DNA of 64,000 bases from contig NW_027266265.1 in assembly GCF_022045235.1 (NCBI RefSeq), positions 34,100,001 through 34,164,000 of the forward strand, given 5' to 3'. This DNA is from Haliotis cracherodii. Lineage: Eukaryota. How positions within the stretch are numbered: position 1 is the first letter of the stretch; each line of letters starts with the position of its first letter. Both the position numbers and the translations under genes were made by a program. Positions 38,326 through 50,965 of the stretch are shown here, piece by piece. Under the pieces are notes generated by a model, which was not told the DNA's origin, made no database searches, and worked only from the letters and a program-made list of their open reading frames with translations.

Positions 38326-40184
38326 TGACATTTCTGTCAGGCGCTACGTATATTTGTGAATATTTAAAGCATTGCTATTCCTCTGTTACTAAAGAAGGAT
38401 ATGGTGATCAGTTCTAAGTGAAGTGTTCCTTCCCTTAGCTGTCTGACTCATCTGGATGTGGGTTCGAACCCCATGCTTCTTGGTCTGTCAAAATACTTAT
38501 TTGTGTATTTCAAATTGTGTTAAACATGATATGATCTATCTCTGGCCTAGGCCTTTCTCCTAAACTTACCTGATTATGTGCCATCATAAAACAGAAATAA
38601 TATTCAAACCACGTTAGTTTACTACTCACTCACACTTTTGGCAGTTTCAGTGATCCATTCATATTTTGATCTACGCTGTTTTGCCTTTTACGCCCAATAG
38701 AACCTGTCTCGGTTGATAATCGAGGCTGGTTCTTCTCTGGCGTTTACATTTGCATATGTTACATGCATATGTATGAGAAGTTAGGGACGATAGGATTGTG
38801 TCATGATTGTACCGTCCGCTCATGTTAGAACTGATTCAGTTAATTTCCCTCGTGATACTATTATGATCGCTGCTTCAGCAGCGCACTCGACAATCGGGTT
38901 GCATCGGATTGTCCGGTGTTGTTCGAATGCTTCCGGGTGTGATCGAGGCACGTGATGAATCTGACAGGTGACAACAGACAGATCGAGACTGGACACGTAA
39001 CTATACGGCCGAACCAATCAACATATTCGAATTCGATTTTCCGATCATCGAGCTTATGCAGAAAGGAAAGCAGCTTTACTTTTGTTTGTTCGTTTGTTGT
39101 TTAACGCCGCACTCAGCAATATTCCAGCTATCAGACGGCGGTCTGGACCAGACAATCCAATGATTAACATCAAGAGCATCGATCCATGCAATTGGGATTC
39201 GATGACATGCATCAACTAAGTCAGCGAGCCTACCCACGCGATCCGGTAAGTCGCCTCTTACGACATTTTGCAGCTATGAGTTGTTAGTTCAATTATTTTA
39301 ACGACAATGACTGAGAAACAAGTACTCTTCTTTTGATATTAGCTTTCGTGCTTAAAACTTATACTTATAACATAAGTAACTGTCGATGTCAATTGTCCAA
39401 TATTTTAATATTTAATTTGTTTAACAACTTGACTGCAACTGCAATGTGTATCAGTAACTGATGATTCAACACCATGTTTCTACTGCGATTAATTTTGAAA
39501 GATAAATGCGAAAGATAATGGTATAATTTTTACAAACACCAATCTTGGCATTCACATATGTGTCTCGACCTGTGAAGATCCGGGTAAGCACAGGGCTTCA
39601 GCAATCCAGGCTTGGCGTAAGCGGCCACTAACTGGACTAGCGTGTCATTGTAACTTAATTGCGTAGGTCGATACTCAAGATATCAAAATACTGAATTGTC
39701 TGGTCCAGATTCGATTATTTACAAACCGCCTTCTTATCCCCTGAATACTGCTGTGTGCAGAGTTCAAAGAAAACAAACAAAGAAACAAACAAACATTCGT
39801 GTTTTTGTAGGAAAGCCACCCATCTGTGATATATGCAAGGACAATAAATGCAATCTAAATGGAAGCCGTGAATTTGTAGACTCATTTTTAAAAAATATTG
39901 TTATTGATAAATATTATCATTTGTTGAAAGTCCATGGAACAAGATCATGCGAAAGTGCATTTGAAATGTAGTTTATTTAAAACGTACACAAGATGTATAT
40001 AACCATCCTTCAGAATATCAATTTGTCGCACTGAAAATATAATAATAAAGAGAATGTGAAGCGCTTGTAAAATATATTAAGTAAAAGTAAAATGCATCAC
40101 ATTATCATTTAAAGTTTGAGAGAGAGAGAGAAAAAAATAGTTTATTTAGTTAAATTATAATATATACAAATTCAAAGTACAAGT

Positions 40185-40350
40185 TTTTGTTTGTTGTTTA
40201 ACGCCACACTCAGCAATATTCCAGCTTTATGACGGCGGTCTGTAAATAATCGAGTCTGGACCAGACAATCCAGTGACTGACAATATGAGCATCTATCCAC
40301 GCAAATGGGATCGATGACATGCATCAACCAAGTCAGCGAGCCTGACCATA
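40185..40350 (-). mobile_element. Dispersed SINE-like repeat (family 3) fragment
   Basis: gtttaacgcc.cactcagcaatattccagct...ctggaccagacaatccagtga; also at 39095-39265, 40915-41010 and inverted at 57725-57905. Confidence 0.7.
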
Positions 40351-41515
40351 AGTAAAAAATGCAAGGCGCAGCCATAGGGCTTATGAGACATGACGAAAAC
40401 ATATATAACATATACATGTATGATTTATGAAAAGTATGAAGCTGTAACAATTTCAGCACTGCATAAGTATTGTTAAAGACAATTCATATAAAAGATAATA
40501 ATCGTTTATACATTACTAAGAGGGTCTTAGATAAATGCTACTGTAAATCGTCCGATTTCAATATAAAACAAAACTTATGCATATCATCAAGGGTATAAAA
40601 ACTCTGGGAAACATTTGAAGCTTCATAAAATAATTCATATCTTAAATCTTCATAAAAAGGACAACATATTAGAAAGCGCTTTTCATCATCAATAGATTTT
40701 AAGATTTGAAATAGATTTATTATTTAATAATTCAATATGTGTAGTAATAAATCAATATTCATGTCGATTTCCCAAATTATTTTTTTACCACGAGTTAGTA
40801 GTTTGTAGAATTCCCCATGGCTACGAATAAAGTTGATCACGTGTTCACCAACATGTAAAGCCCAATCTAAACACACTCAATTTGTGTGTTTATGTGTCCG
40901 GTGAAAAGTTTTGTTTGTTTGTTGCCTATCGCCGCATTCAGTAATAGTTCAGCTAAATAACGGCAATCTATAAGAAATCGATTCTGGACCAGACAATCCA
41001 GTGACTAACATCCTGAGCCACTGACACCATAACGAATTTATTATGCCGGAAACTTTATACTATTTTGTCGCACATGTCATGTTCAAGCTTAAAACTCAAA
41101 ACTTAACACTTACAACCTGTGGCGTAAAGGGTCAAAGGGAGACTACTCTTCAAACCTCAGCGTCCATACCTTGTGGATAATTTTAACTTTATATAATCTT
41201 TATTAAATTCACCAAGCACATCACAATTAATGATATTAAGACACAAAACAGTGTCGAATAACGAATTTCTGTACCAGAATTTCCATGTGAAATTTGTGAT
41301 GGAAAATCCAAAATGGTTGTTACTGACGGTATACGGTCTCATATAAGGTCAGTAACAACCATCTTGGATTTTTACTGACGGTATATATGGGGTTAGAAGA
41401 TCTGCTCTCTGATTGGTCAATCTGACTTTAAGGCATAATACATAAATATATCTATTTAAGCCTAGAACTGAGGTCAAGTTATTCTAACTATGTTAATGAT
41501 TTATAGCCGATTTAT

Positions 41516-41733
41516 AGTGATAGCTCACTGAGATACCATGCCGCAGTTTAACATGAATACTCCACTCAGACACGGTATAATGAATCCGAGCCGACCAGTC
41601 CTTGTTTAAGACCCTAAATGCCGAGTGCCAGACAAGGTAACAAGAGGGACCATCTTTAAACGTCTCTTAGTATGACGCGGCCGGGGATCGAACCCCGGAC
41701 CTTCCGCTCTACCACACGACTACGGCGGCGGAC
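41516..41733 (-). mobile_element. SINE family 2 (3' truncated)
   Basis: Reverse-complement homology to 35303-35510, including the B box. Confidence 0.8.
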
Positions 41734-43164
41734 CCCTTTCAAAAGAAAGTATCCCGGATATATATAAAAATATCCCGGATATATATAGGAGTATTGAAAT
41801 TCAATCACTATCTCAAGCACACAGCTATCAACAGTGTTATTACAAAGTGAAAAATGTACGTAACATCACTTCGTGTCATGTTCGGGATAAATACCCGACA
41901 AACAAACGAAATTACCAATACTGAAATAAAAAATAGATTAACAAATCTAGAGTGGTCTAGTGGAACAGATTGATAGATGTAAACGAGAATTGGCTAGCAT
42001 GGAAGTCCCCTGTTCACCACTTCTGCAATACCTAAGTTCCTCAGTTTCATGCATTCAATGGGATTACTCCCTCAGGCGACATTTCTGTTCTTGGTTTACG
42101 GATGCGCCGCTCTTTCAAAGTCCCAATGTTGAAAAACAAAATGTGAATACATTTACAACTGCTTTATTTGTTACCGCAGACCTAATGCATAAGCAGTTCG
42201 GACAAATAATATGTTTATTTATATTAAAATCATAGTACAAGTTCGTATTGTCAGCGACTTGAAAATAACAACGGAAAGATATAAGTCGTTGACTGTAAAA
42301 CAAAAGGGAAGTCACTCTGGCATTTCTCGCTGAGATCCTTCTCTGTAACCATCAACGCAAAGCGCAGTGGCGCCAAGTGTAATCGTCGCCCATGCCTGTC
42401 TGCCGTGCTTACAATGTGTGAAGTCAGTTTCTGGTGTTCCCCGCCATGATATTACTTGAATAATACTAACAGCGTCGTCAAATCCAATTCCGACGTTGCT
42501 TCATTCTTTCATTAAGATAGAAATGTATAAATTGTCTTTCACGACCGGCCAAAACACAAATAGTATTTAAAGTTTCAGAGAAGATGTTTCCAGAGGATGA
42601 CTAAGAAAGAAAACACATGAATGACATGAACTCGGATATGTATATACAGCTAATAACTTTAAGTGGTGTTTTCCAGATTAAAGCAGAACAGCACAGTTCA
42701 CTGGATCCTACAATAATGCAAACTTCAACATCAGTAATCTGTCCTAACCAAAGTCGACACATCTTCAAACCGATCTACTTGTGACATAGAAATGACATAT
42801 AAATCAGATATGCTCTAGTAAACTTTGATGAATATAACTAAAGTATTTCAATAATGTGAGGGCTTTTTACCCTTAATGCGGACAGAATTGATGGATTGAG
42901 TGGCATGCTAGGTGGTAGGTTCCCCACCGTAATGTACGACTCAAAAGAGGTTTAAGACAATCCGATTCCTTCATATTTCTATAGTTAATCTGTCATGGCA
43001 TGATATGGTATGGAACAGTACTAAAACGAGATAAAAATCAAACCAAACTCATGTATGAAGTGCAACTATCTTTCCATCAAGTCTTGGAAAAAAAGATCTT
43101 CTCTACGGAAAACTAATTAAAAAATCTGGTGAAATAGTTTATTCAGTGTGGTTAACAAGAATAA

Positions 43165-45718
43165 CTAAACTTTGGGATATGTGGCGTGAAGCTTTCTTAC
43201 GCATTGAGTAACCTGGTCAAGATTTCCGACGCAGATGTAGGTGACGTAGGATAACTTGTGCAAGCTTCCATTTGGGAAAGCCTTCTTGCGGAACCCCGAT
43301 CCCCATTTACTGGTTCCACTACCAAAGGCACTTCCGAAAAGTGCCCCATTGTAAAAGTGAGCATCTGTGTCTTGGCCTTCTGGAGAGTAGACTCCCATTG
43401 CATGCCTGTGATCTGATGTTGCAAGAATAACAGGGTATTTGCTGCTGTACGGTTGTATCTGGCCATTACCCAAATTGAGACTTTTAAGGATTTGGAACTC
43501 TCCTGTCAAATAACCAGTTGGAGCTGCAATATTATGTGAAACATACCCAGCTGGCCAATGGCCACCAATAGTGAACATTGACTCATATTTGATGCAATGA
43601 GACATTTCAGCACAACCTATTGTCACAGTCTTTGAGAAGTCGTATTCGTAAGTGTCCACAGTGTTTTTTGTAGGTACACCTGGTAAGCATGAAGGATTCT
43701 TCGAGGCTGCCGACCCGTGGTCACCGTGACGAAGCCAGAAAGCTGGGTGATTCTGAAAAACAAACAAGAATAAGCCTTCAGCTCGTGATGTCATTTATTT
43801 AAATATTTGTAACGTGACATTTTTTAAAGTTTACCTTGGAAGAAAGTAGCGAGGTTATGCATGAGTCAGGTGTGATTACCACTTTGGTGAAACCCACGAG
43901 CACGATATGGTGTTGACAAACCTCGAAACCTAATCAGGGCGAATATAGAATTCGAATCCACGATCATACATTTCTCACACGCCTGACAGCTGCAGCTGTG
44001 CTCAGTGGGTTGCGGAACCTAGACGGCTTGGCTACTCGTACCCACTTAAAGCTTAGGAAAACTGTTGACCAGATTATAGATATTATACATTTTGACGCCA
44101 ATCAGTAGTTATATGACTTGTTATCTTCTCAGTTGACTTTGAAAACATGAATATGTGAAATGGCCTTCATGAACATACAACAAAATCCACCACAACAGTT
44201 CAAATATCGTCAATGAATTGTATATAGAATAGTATATGAGTAATAGTATACATGGTTACTAAATAGCATGCACATGTCGTCTTTTAAAATCGTATTCAAA
44301 TATGTTAACAATAATACATACTGTCGTTTTTAAGATATTCCTTTGTGCTATTACACTTATTATCTTGGACGTCGTGGTCGATCGTTTGCCGTCATCTCTT
44401 CCTCCCGCTTCGGTAGGGTTGAAACACTCCCCGTATGGGTGAACGTTGACCACCATCTGAAGCTCTCTGCCATGGTCCCATGCATTAATGAACTCCTTGT
44501 TGTCCCAGACCAGACTGTCAATCGCTCCTCCCATCCTAGCAGAGGCACTGATGAAGAGGTCATGGTGTTGATTTGATATGGTCCACCTTCCGTTATAGCC
44601 TCCTTCGACATACCCTAGCTTTTTCTCACTCTGATGTGTCAAGTAGTGGTTAATAGCTTGATGATAGTTGGTGCCAAACGTTTTGGAAAGGTCAGCATAT
44701 CTGAAATGAATTTTTTTTTTTTAAAATAAAAACATTCTGAGGCATATAGGGGTAACCTCATGGTTAAAGCATTCGCTCGTCACACCGAAGACATGCGTTT
44801 GATTCATAACATGGATGCATGTGAGGCACAGTTCTGTGTCACATTGTGAAATGGCTATGATATTGCTAAAAGCGGCATTGAGAGGTATGGACTAACCTAC
44901 CAGCAACGAGAAATTACGGATTTTCCGGAGCAAACTAATGACGTTTTCGATCTGGGTATAAGGTACTCTCAACATTAAGTCACGACAGATAATCCGGAAT
45001 TCCGAACAGTTTATTGTTTTTTTATTATCCGTCTTCTTGTTTCTGAGAGAAAAATAAGTTTCCTGAACTCAAATCAGAATGAACAGTTGATGACGTCTTC
45101 TTCATATGTGTGAGTCCTTATATAACACAATCAGTTGTTGGAAGAGAAAGGCTAAATTGTATCTTTTTAAAGCGACAAATCCCTCTCCTCATCCATAAGA
45201 AATCTTAATCTGCTTCAAACGTGTCATTATATGATATCTTGTCCTCATCGTGTTACTCATGTAAAAACCAATGGACGCCAATTTCACACAATCCAGAAGA
45301 TGTACAATCATTGAAATCCTCCACTCAGACACAGTAAACTGACCCGTTTACTGACCTACACTCATTGAAATCCTCCCCAGTGTTTGAAATGGAATAGAGT
45401 GTCTAAAATGTTTACAAACTTACTCACCTAAACTGCATTGCGTTATCATTTGGAAAATATGCGTAAAGAAATGTCCTCGGAATTTGCACTTCAGACGTTT
45501 TTTGTCTGTACATACTCATAGTGGGATCTATATACCACTATACATGTCTAACTGCCTATGAATGACTGCCTGTTATATGTAAAGACATACCATATAAAGT
45601 GCTTATTGGAAGAACTTTTTTTTATAGACATACTGTGTCTGAGTGGGGTATTCATGTTAAATGGTATCTCAGTGAGCTAGCACTATAAATGAGCATTTGT
45701 CCGGACAAGTACAAGCAG

Positions 45719-45753
<35 letters not shown>

Positions 45754-47221
45754 CATGCACGTCGCTATATAAGTGCAATAATCTTGGACGCGACATTAAA
45801 CCCAATTTCACCTCACCTCACACAACACTATTCTAGATATCAATAATGGAGTATGGACCTGGCAATCCAGTGACTGATATTTTGAACAACATCGATCCAG
45901 GCAGTTTGGATATCTGACCACTTAGTCACCTCGTAGACAAGGTTGATGCGGTAGCGTATACCTTTTAAGATACTGTTTCGAGTGGAAGCTACCACAACCC
46001 TGCCTTCCCTCGCTGATCCCCTTTGAAAGCCAGTGTTGTTTAGCGGCAGCTTTAGAGTTGATGCCCATCTGGTGAAGGTCTGCGTGAGTGTTGACATAGA
46101 ATGTTGGGTCAAACACCAAGGGTGACGCCAGGTCCACAGCAGCATCTGGAGTGTAAAGTCTAAAATGTATTGGGATACAGAAATTCGTTAATTCAGAGTG
46201 ACAAAACACTTCGTACAAGAATACAGTACAAGAGGGATGACTTTAACTTTTTGATAGTCAACTTCCCTTTATGTTGAGCAATAGTTCAGCACCAGCCTTT
46301 GGTGTCCACGTTTCACAACTTTAACAATGTTACAATCGAACATGCTATGATGATTTCACATATAACACTATTGTTCACAAGTTGTTTTTGTTAACGTTAC
46401 AACCACCCATGCCTCCTTTCCCAAAACGACAACTAAAATTAGGTCGCATTATATTACAACGCGCGGCCTGATTGGTCCGACTGTGTCTGGTTGAGCATTA
46501 TTCAGAAGCTACCTTAAAACAAGTGCAATAGTACTGACTAGTGTAGACGAAAATAAAGTTACAAGAGAGAGACCCATTTCAGCTGTGCATTCAAAGGACA
46601 TCTATACCTCCTGTAATTTAAGTGACATAATAAATATAAAATACGTTGTTTCGTACTGAATCATAGTGAGTGATTTCGCTTCACGCCCATTAAAATCAGA
46701 TCTTGAATTCCGATACGATACATCTCTGCGTGAAGGTCACTTGCACAGAAGTTGGCATCCTGTGAACTTTCTAATCAATCGGTTAGCGTCGACGTTTCTA
46801 TATTTCGGTACGAGTGAGCTCTGCATGCAAAACAGCATATCTCTTTTTTTTCTACCTTGAAAACGAACCAGAACGACAAGTTCATAAGTTAGAAAGTTTA
46901 GCGACGCCATTGTGTAGGTGTGTATATTCCATACACCCTGTTGTTTCTGACCATCTTCACACAAGACGGAAAACGGAGTATCATCGCAGGAATTTTGGAA
47001 TCAAGGTGACAGAACTGAACTGCTTCCCTTGCCAAAACAATACATAAAAGTCTGGACAACACTCAGATCTTATTCTCCAGATGGAATCAACCCCACACGC
47101 ACGTTAAAGGAAAATTTATGAGACGAATGAGTATCCATAACAATACGCTAGCATACAATACGTATCTATACATACCAACAAAACAGAATACTGCTGGGAG
47201 GATAGTCACAATGAGCAACAT
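43165..47221 (-). CDS. Gene E: uncharacterised secreted protein, 398 aa; exons 47221-47176, 46145-45962, 44700-44322, 43752-43165
   Basis: Intron phases 1, 2, 0 join into one open frame: MLLIVTILPAVFCFVDA-AVDLASPLVFDPTFYVNTHADL...HWLSKGISEGRQGCGSFHSKQYLKRYADL...GAIDSLVWDNKEFINAWDHGRELQ...ECFNPTEAGG...ILKTTNHPAFWL...HATYPKV*. TATAAA 47266-47261; AATAAA 43143-43138. Confidence 0.88.
46225..46400 (+). mobile_element. Penelope-like RT fragment in intron 1 of gene E
   Basis: Translates YKRDDFNFLIVNFPFMLSNSSAPAFGVHVSQL, matching the DKRDDFxFxIVNFP..YGVYxSQL motif. Confidence 0.65.
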
Positions 47222-47739
47222 TGTGATGTCTATCTGTATAATTCCTTGTCTTGAACTGTTTTTATAAGGTATGCCACCTGGTTAGATCACTTGCCATGAC
47301 ATGAACATGACATTTTGAGAGATTAGATTTGGTGTAACAAAGGCGTCAGATTAAAAAAACATTAGCAGATAAAGGTATTTATAAATACATTGTGTGTGGT
47401 AAGAGGCGATTAAGATGGATCAGGGGACCAGGCTTCATCGACGGCATGGGACGTTGCCCATTCTATTGCCCACTGCTTTGTTTAGTCTACACTCCGTTAT
47501 CTACAAACCGCGTAATATAATTGAAATATTGCTGACTGTGGCGTAAAACAACATTATGACTCATCATGTTTGATCCGTTTCTACAATGCAGATGCTTCCA
47601 TCATCTAGACGCAGTGATAATGCGACGCCATCATTTAATGGAATTTAGTAAAACGGTATCAACATTGGCTAGTGAAAGAATTTAGCTTCATAAAAGTAAT
47701 GCACCCAACAACAATAAAGTGTGTAATTATAAGTGAGAA

Positions 47740-50222
47740 CGCATGTGTATTGTGTGACGTGTTCGTGTAACACTCCATGTGTATTGTGTGACGAGTGCGT
47801 GAAACCCTCCACGTGTATTGTGTGACGAGTGCGTGGAACCTTCCATTTGTGATGTGTTCGTGAAAGCATCCACGTGTATAAGGTGATGTGTTTGTGAAAG
47901 CATCCACGTGTATTGTGTAATTTGTTCGTGAAACCCTCCACTTGTATTGTGTGACGAGTGCGTGAAACCCTCCACGTGTCATGTGTTCGTGAAACCCTCC
48001 ATGTGTATTGTGTGATGTGTGCGTAAAACCCTCCATGTGTGTTGTGTTCAGGAAAGCATCCGAGTGTATTGTGTGATGTGTTCGTGAAACCATCCATGTG
48101 TATTGTGTGACGAGTGCGTGAAACCCTCCACGTGTAATGTGTGATGTGTGCGTGAAACCATGCATGTGTATTGGGTGAGGAGTGTGTGAAACCCTCCACG
48201 TGTAATGTGTGATGTGTGCGTGAACCATACATGTGTCATGTATTCGTGTTTCATAAAAGTAATGCATCCAACAACAATAAAGTGTGTAATTATAAGTGAG
48301 AACGCATGTGTATTGTGCGACGTGTTCGTGTAACACTCCATTAGTATTGTGTGACGAGTGCGTGAAACCCTCCACGTGTATTGTGTGATGTGTTCGTGAA
48401 ACCATCCATGTGTATTGTGTGACGAGTGCGTGAAACCCTCCACGTGTATTGTGTGATGTGTTCGTGAAACCATCCATGTGTATTGTGTGACGAGTGCGTG
48501 AAACCCTCCGCTTGTATTGTGTGATGTGTTCGTGAAAGCATCCACGTGTATTGTGTGATGTGTTCGTGAAACCCTCCACGTGTATTGTATGATGTTTTGC
48601 GTGAAACCATCAATGTGTGATGTGTTCGTGAAAGCATCCATGTGAATTGTGTGATGTGTTCGTGAAACCCTCTACGTGTATTGTGTGACGAGTGCGTGAA
48701 ACTATCCATGTGTGACGTGTGCGTGAAACCATCCACCTGTAATGTGTGATATGTTTGTGAAATCATCAATGTATGATGTGTTTGTGAAAACATCCACATG
48801 TATTGTGTGATGTGTTCGTGAAACCCTCAACTTGTATTGTGTGACGAGTGCGTGAAACCCTCCACGTGTATTGTGTGTTGTGTGCGTGAAACCCTCCACA
48901 TGTATTGCGTGATGTGTTCGTGAAACCTTCCACATGTTTTGTGTGACGTTTTCGTGAAACCATCCATGTGTGATGTGTGACGTGTGCGAGCAAAAAAGCA
49001 TCCATGTGTGATATGTGATGTTTTCGTGAAACCATCCATGTGTGATTTGTGACGTGTGCGTGAGAGCATCATTGTGTGATGTTTTCGTGAAATCCTCCAC
49101 GTATATTGAGTGATGTGTGCGTGAAACCATCCATGTGTGATGTGTTCGTGAAACCATCCACGTGTGACGTGTGACGTATTCATGAACGCATCCATGTGTG
49201 ATGTGTTCGTGAAACCCTCCATGTGTATTGTGTGATGTGTTCATGAAACCTTTAACGTATATTCTGTGATGTGTTATGAGACACTTGTAACACTACTTTC
49301 CATGGGCATTTTGTGAGCCCAAACAGCTGCACTGTATAGTCGTGCAACTGCACTGTATAATTGACCAACTCAGCAGAATAATGACTGGTCAGCTGACGTA
49401 CTTATGTAAGCAGCCTAATTGCTGACAGAGTGAATGTCAAGTACTTATATAAACAGCATAATTGCTGACATAGCGAATGTCAAGTTAATCAGAACTGACT
49501 AGCTCAGCAGGATAATGATCGGTCAGCTGTCTGTAAAAGCAGGCATGTTGTGTTAACAAGAGAGAACCGACAAACCATCGGAGGAGCGCAGTCACAGTAT
49601 TAGAGAGGAAAACCAGGGACAAGGAGAGCTCGAGACAAGCACTGACCAGCCAGTCCAGCCCTCAGCTGCCCAAGTATCAACGTGACTTCGTCGTCTTCCT
49701 ATGTTCGACTCTGTAACTAGTAATCGCCCGGTTCTGTAGTTCTACTGTGTTAATAAAGAAACCATTTTGCCACCACCACAACTTGTTGTTCAAGTGCACA
49801 GAGGTGTTACACACTACACGTATATTTTGTTATGTGCTGATGAGACACTACGCGTGTATTTTGTTATGTGTTTATGAGACACTACACGTTTATTTTGTGA
49901 TGTGTTAATGAGACACTACACGTGTATTTTGTGATGTGTTGATGAGACACTACACGTGTATTTTGTGATGTGTTAATGAGACACTACACGTGTATTTTGT
50001 TATGTGTTTATGAGACACTACACGTTTATTCTATGATGTATTTGTGAGACACTACACGTGTTTCTGTGATGTGTTTCTGAGACACTACACGTGTATTCTG
50101 TGATGTGTTTATGAGACACTACGCTTGTATTTTGTGATGTGTTTATAAGACACTACACGTTTATTCTATGATGTGTTTATGAGACACTACACGTGTATTT
50201 TGTGATGTTTTATGAGACACTA
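47740..50222. repeat. 34-bp minisatellite array, two subtypes separated by a solo LTR
   Basis: gtgaaaccctccacgtgtattgtgtgatgtgttc (47740-49250) and gagacactacacgtgtattttgtgatgtgtttat (49812-50222); a ~100-bp unique flank is also repeated (47686 and 48250). Confidence 0.95.
49286..49811. mobile_element. Solo LTR (526 bp), probably Gypsy-type
   Basis: Begins TGTAACAC, ends GTGTTACA; 4-bp TSD CACT; internal TATATAA (~49446) and AATAAA (~49752). Confidence 0.8.
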
Positions 50223-50228
50223 TGCGTA

Positions 50229-50965
50229 TGATATGGTCCACCTCCCGTTATAGCCTCCCTCGACATACCCCAGCCGTTTCTCATTCTGATGGTCCAAATA
50301 ATGTTGAACAGCTTGATGGTAGTTTGAGCCAAATGCTTTGGAAAGGTCATCATATCTAAAATGATAATATGATTACAATCTGGCAAGTGAACGAAGAGAC
50401 ATCAGGGCATGTGTGATTGGTGTGTAAAATGTATCAACAGGTCTCAAATCGCAATAACAACCTCTGATTGAAACAACGGATTTGACGGTCGCTTCACCGG
50501 TGACACAATTATTTGTATAGAATTACTTCTTTTCAGTTACTGCAGGCAATTTAAATAGTTACATACAAAATGACAGGTGATAAATTGCAGCCTTGTGTAA
50601 CTGGAATTGTCAATGTATGTGTGCCAAAGGGCAACTTTGATTTGATTGACTATCATGGTTTCTGTCACAAATGTGAATCTCAACACGTACTGTACTATGT
50701 ACCATGCCTGTCAGTAGTTAACTGCATCCATGCCTCGCAACTCCTAGTGATCTATTAAATATCATCCTATGTTGATAAAACTACCTTTGGAGGTACTGTT
50801 TGGAATGAAAGCTGCCACACCCTTGTCGCCCCTCGCGTATGCCTTTGGTAAGCCAGTGAGTCCTTGCAGCACCAGTGGTGTGTATTCCAAGTCGGTAAAG
50901 GTCGGGATTGGTGTTGACATAAAATGTCGGATCAAAGACAAGGGGTGATGCAAAATCCTCTCCGG
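50229..50965 (-). pseudogene. Gene F: truncated paralog of gene E (exon-2 equivalent 50965-50785; exon-3 equivalent 50355-50229, cut off by the minisatellite)
   Basis: GEDFASPLVFDPTFYVNTNPDLYRLGIHTTGAARTHWLTKGIREGRQGCGSFHSKQYLQR | YDDLSKAFGSNYHQAVQHYLDHQNEKRLGYVEGGYNGRWTIS, then homology stops at the 34-bp array; same intron phases as E; signal exon not confidently located. Confidence 0.75.

Noticed and set aside
37978-38417. ORFs spanning Ns
   Set aside because: Artefacts of the assembly gap.
47659-49244. Long His/Thr-rich ORFs (up to 306 aa)
   Set aside because: Translations of a 34-bp minisatellite; the same peptide motifs cycle through all frames.
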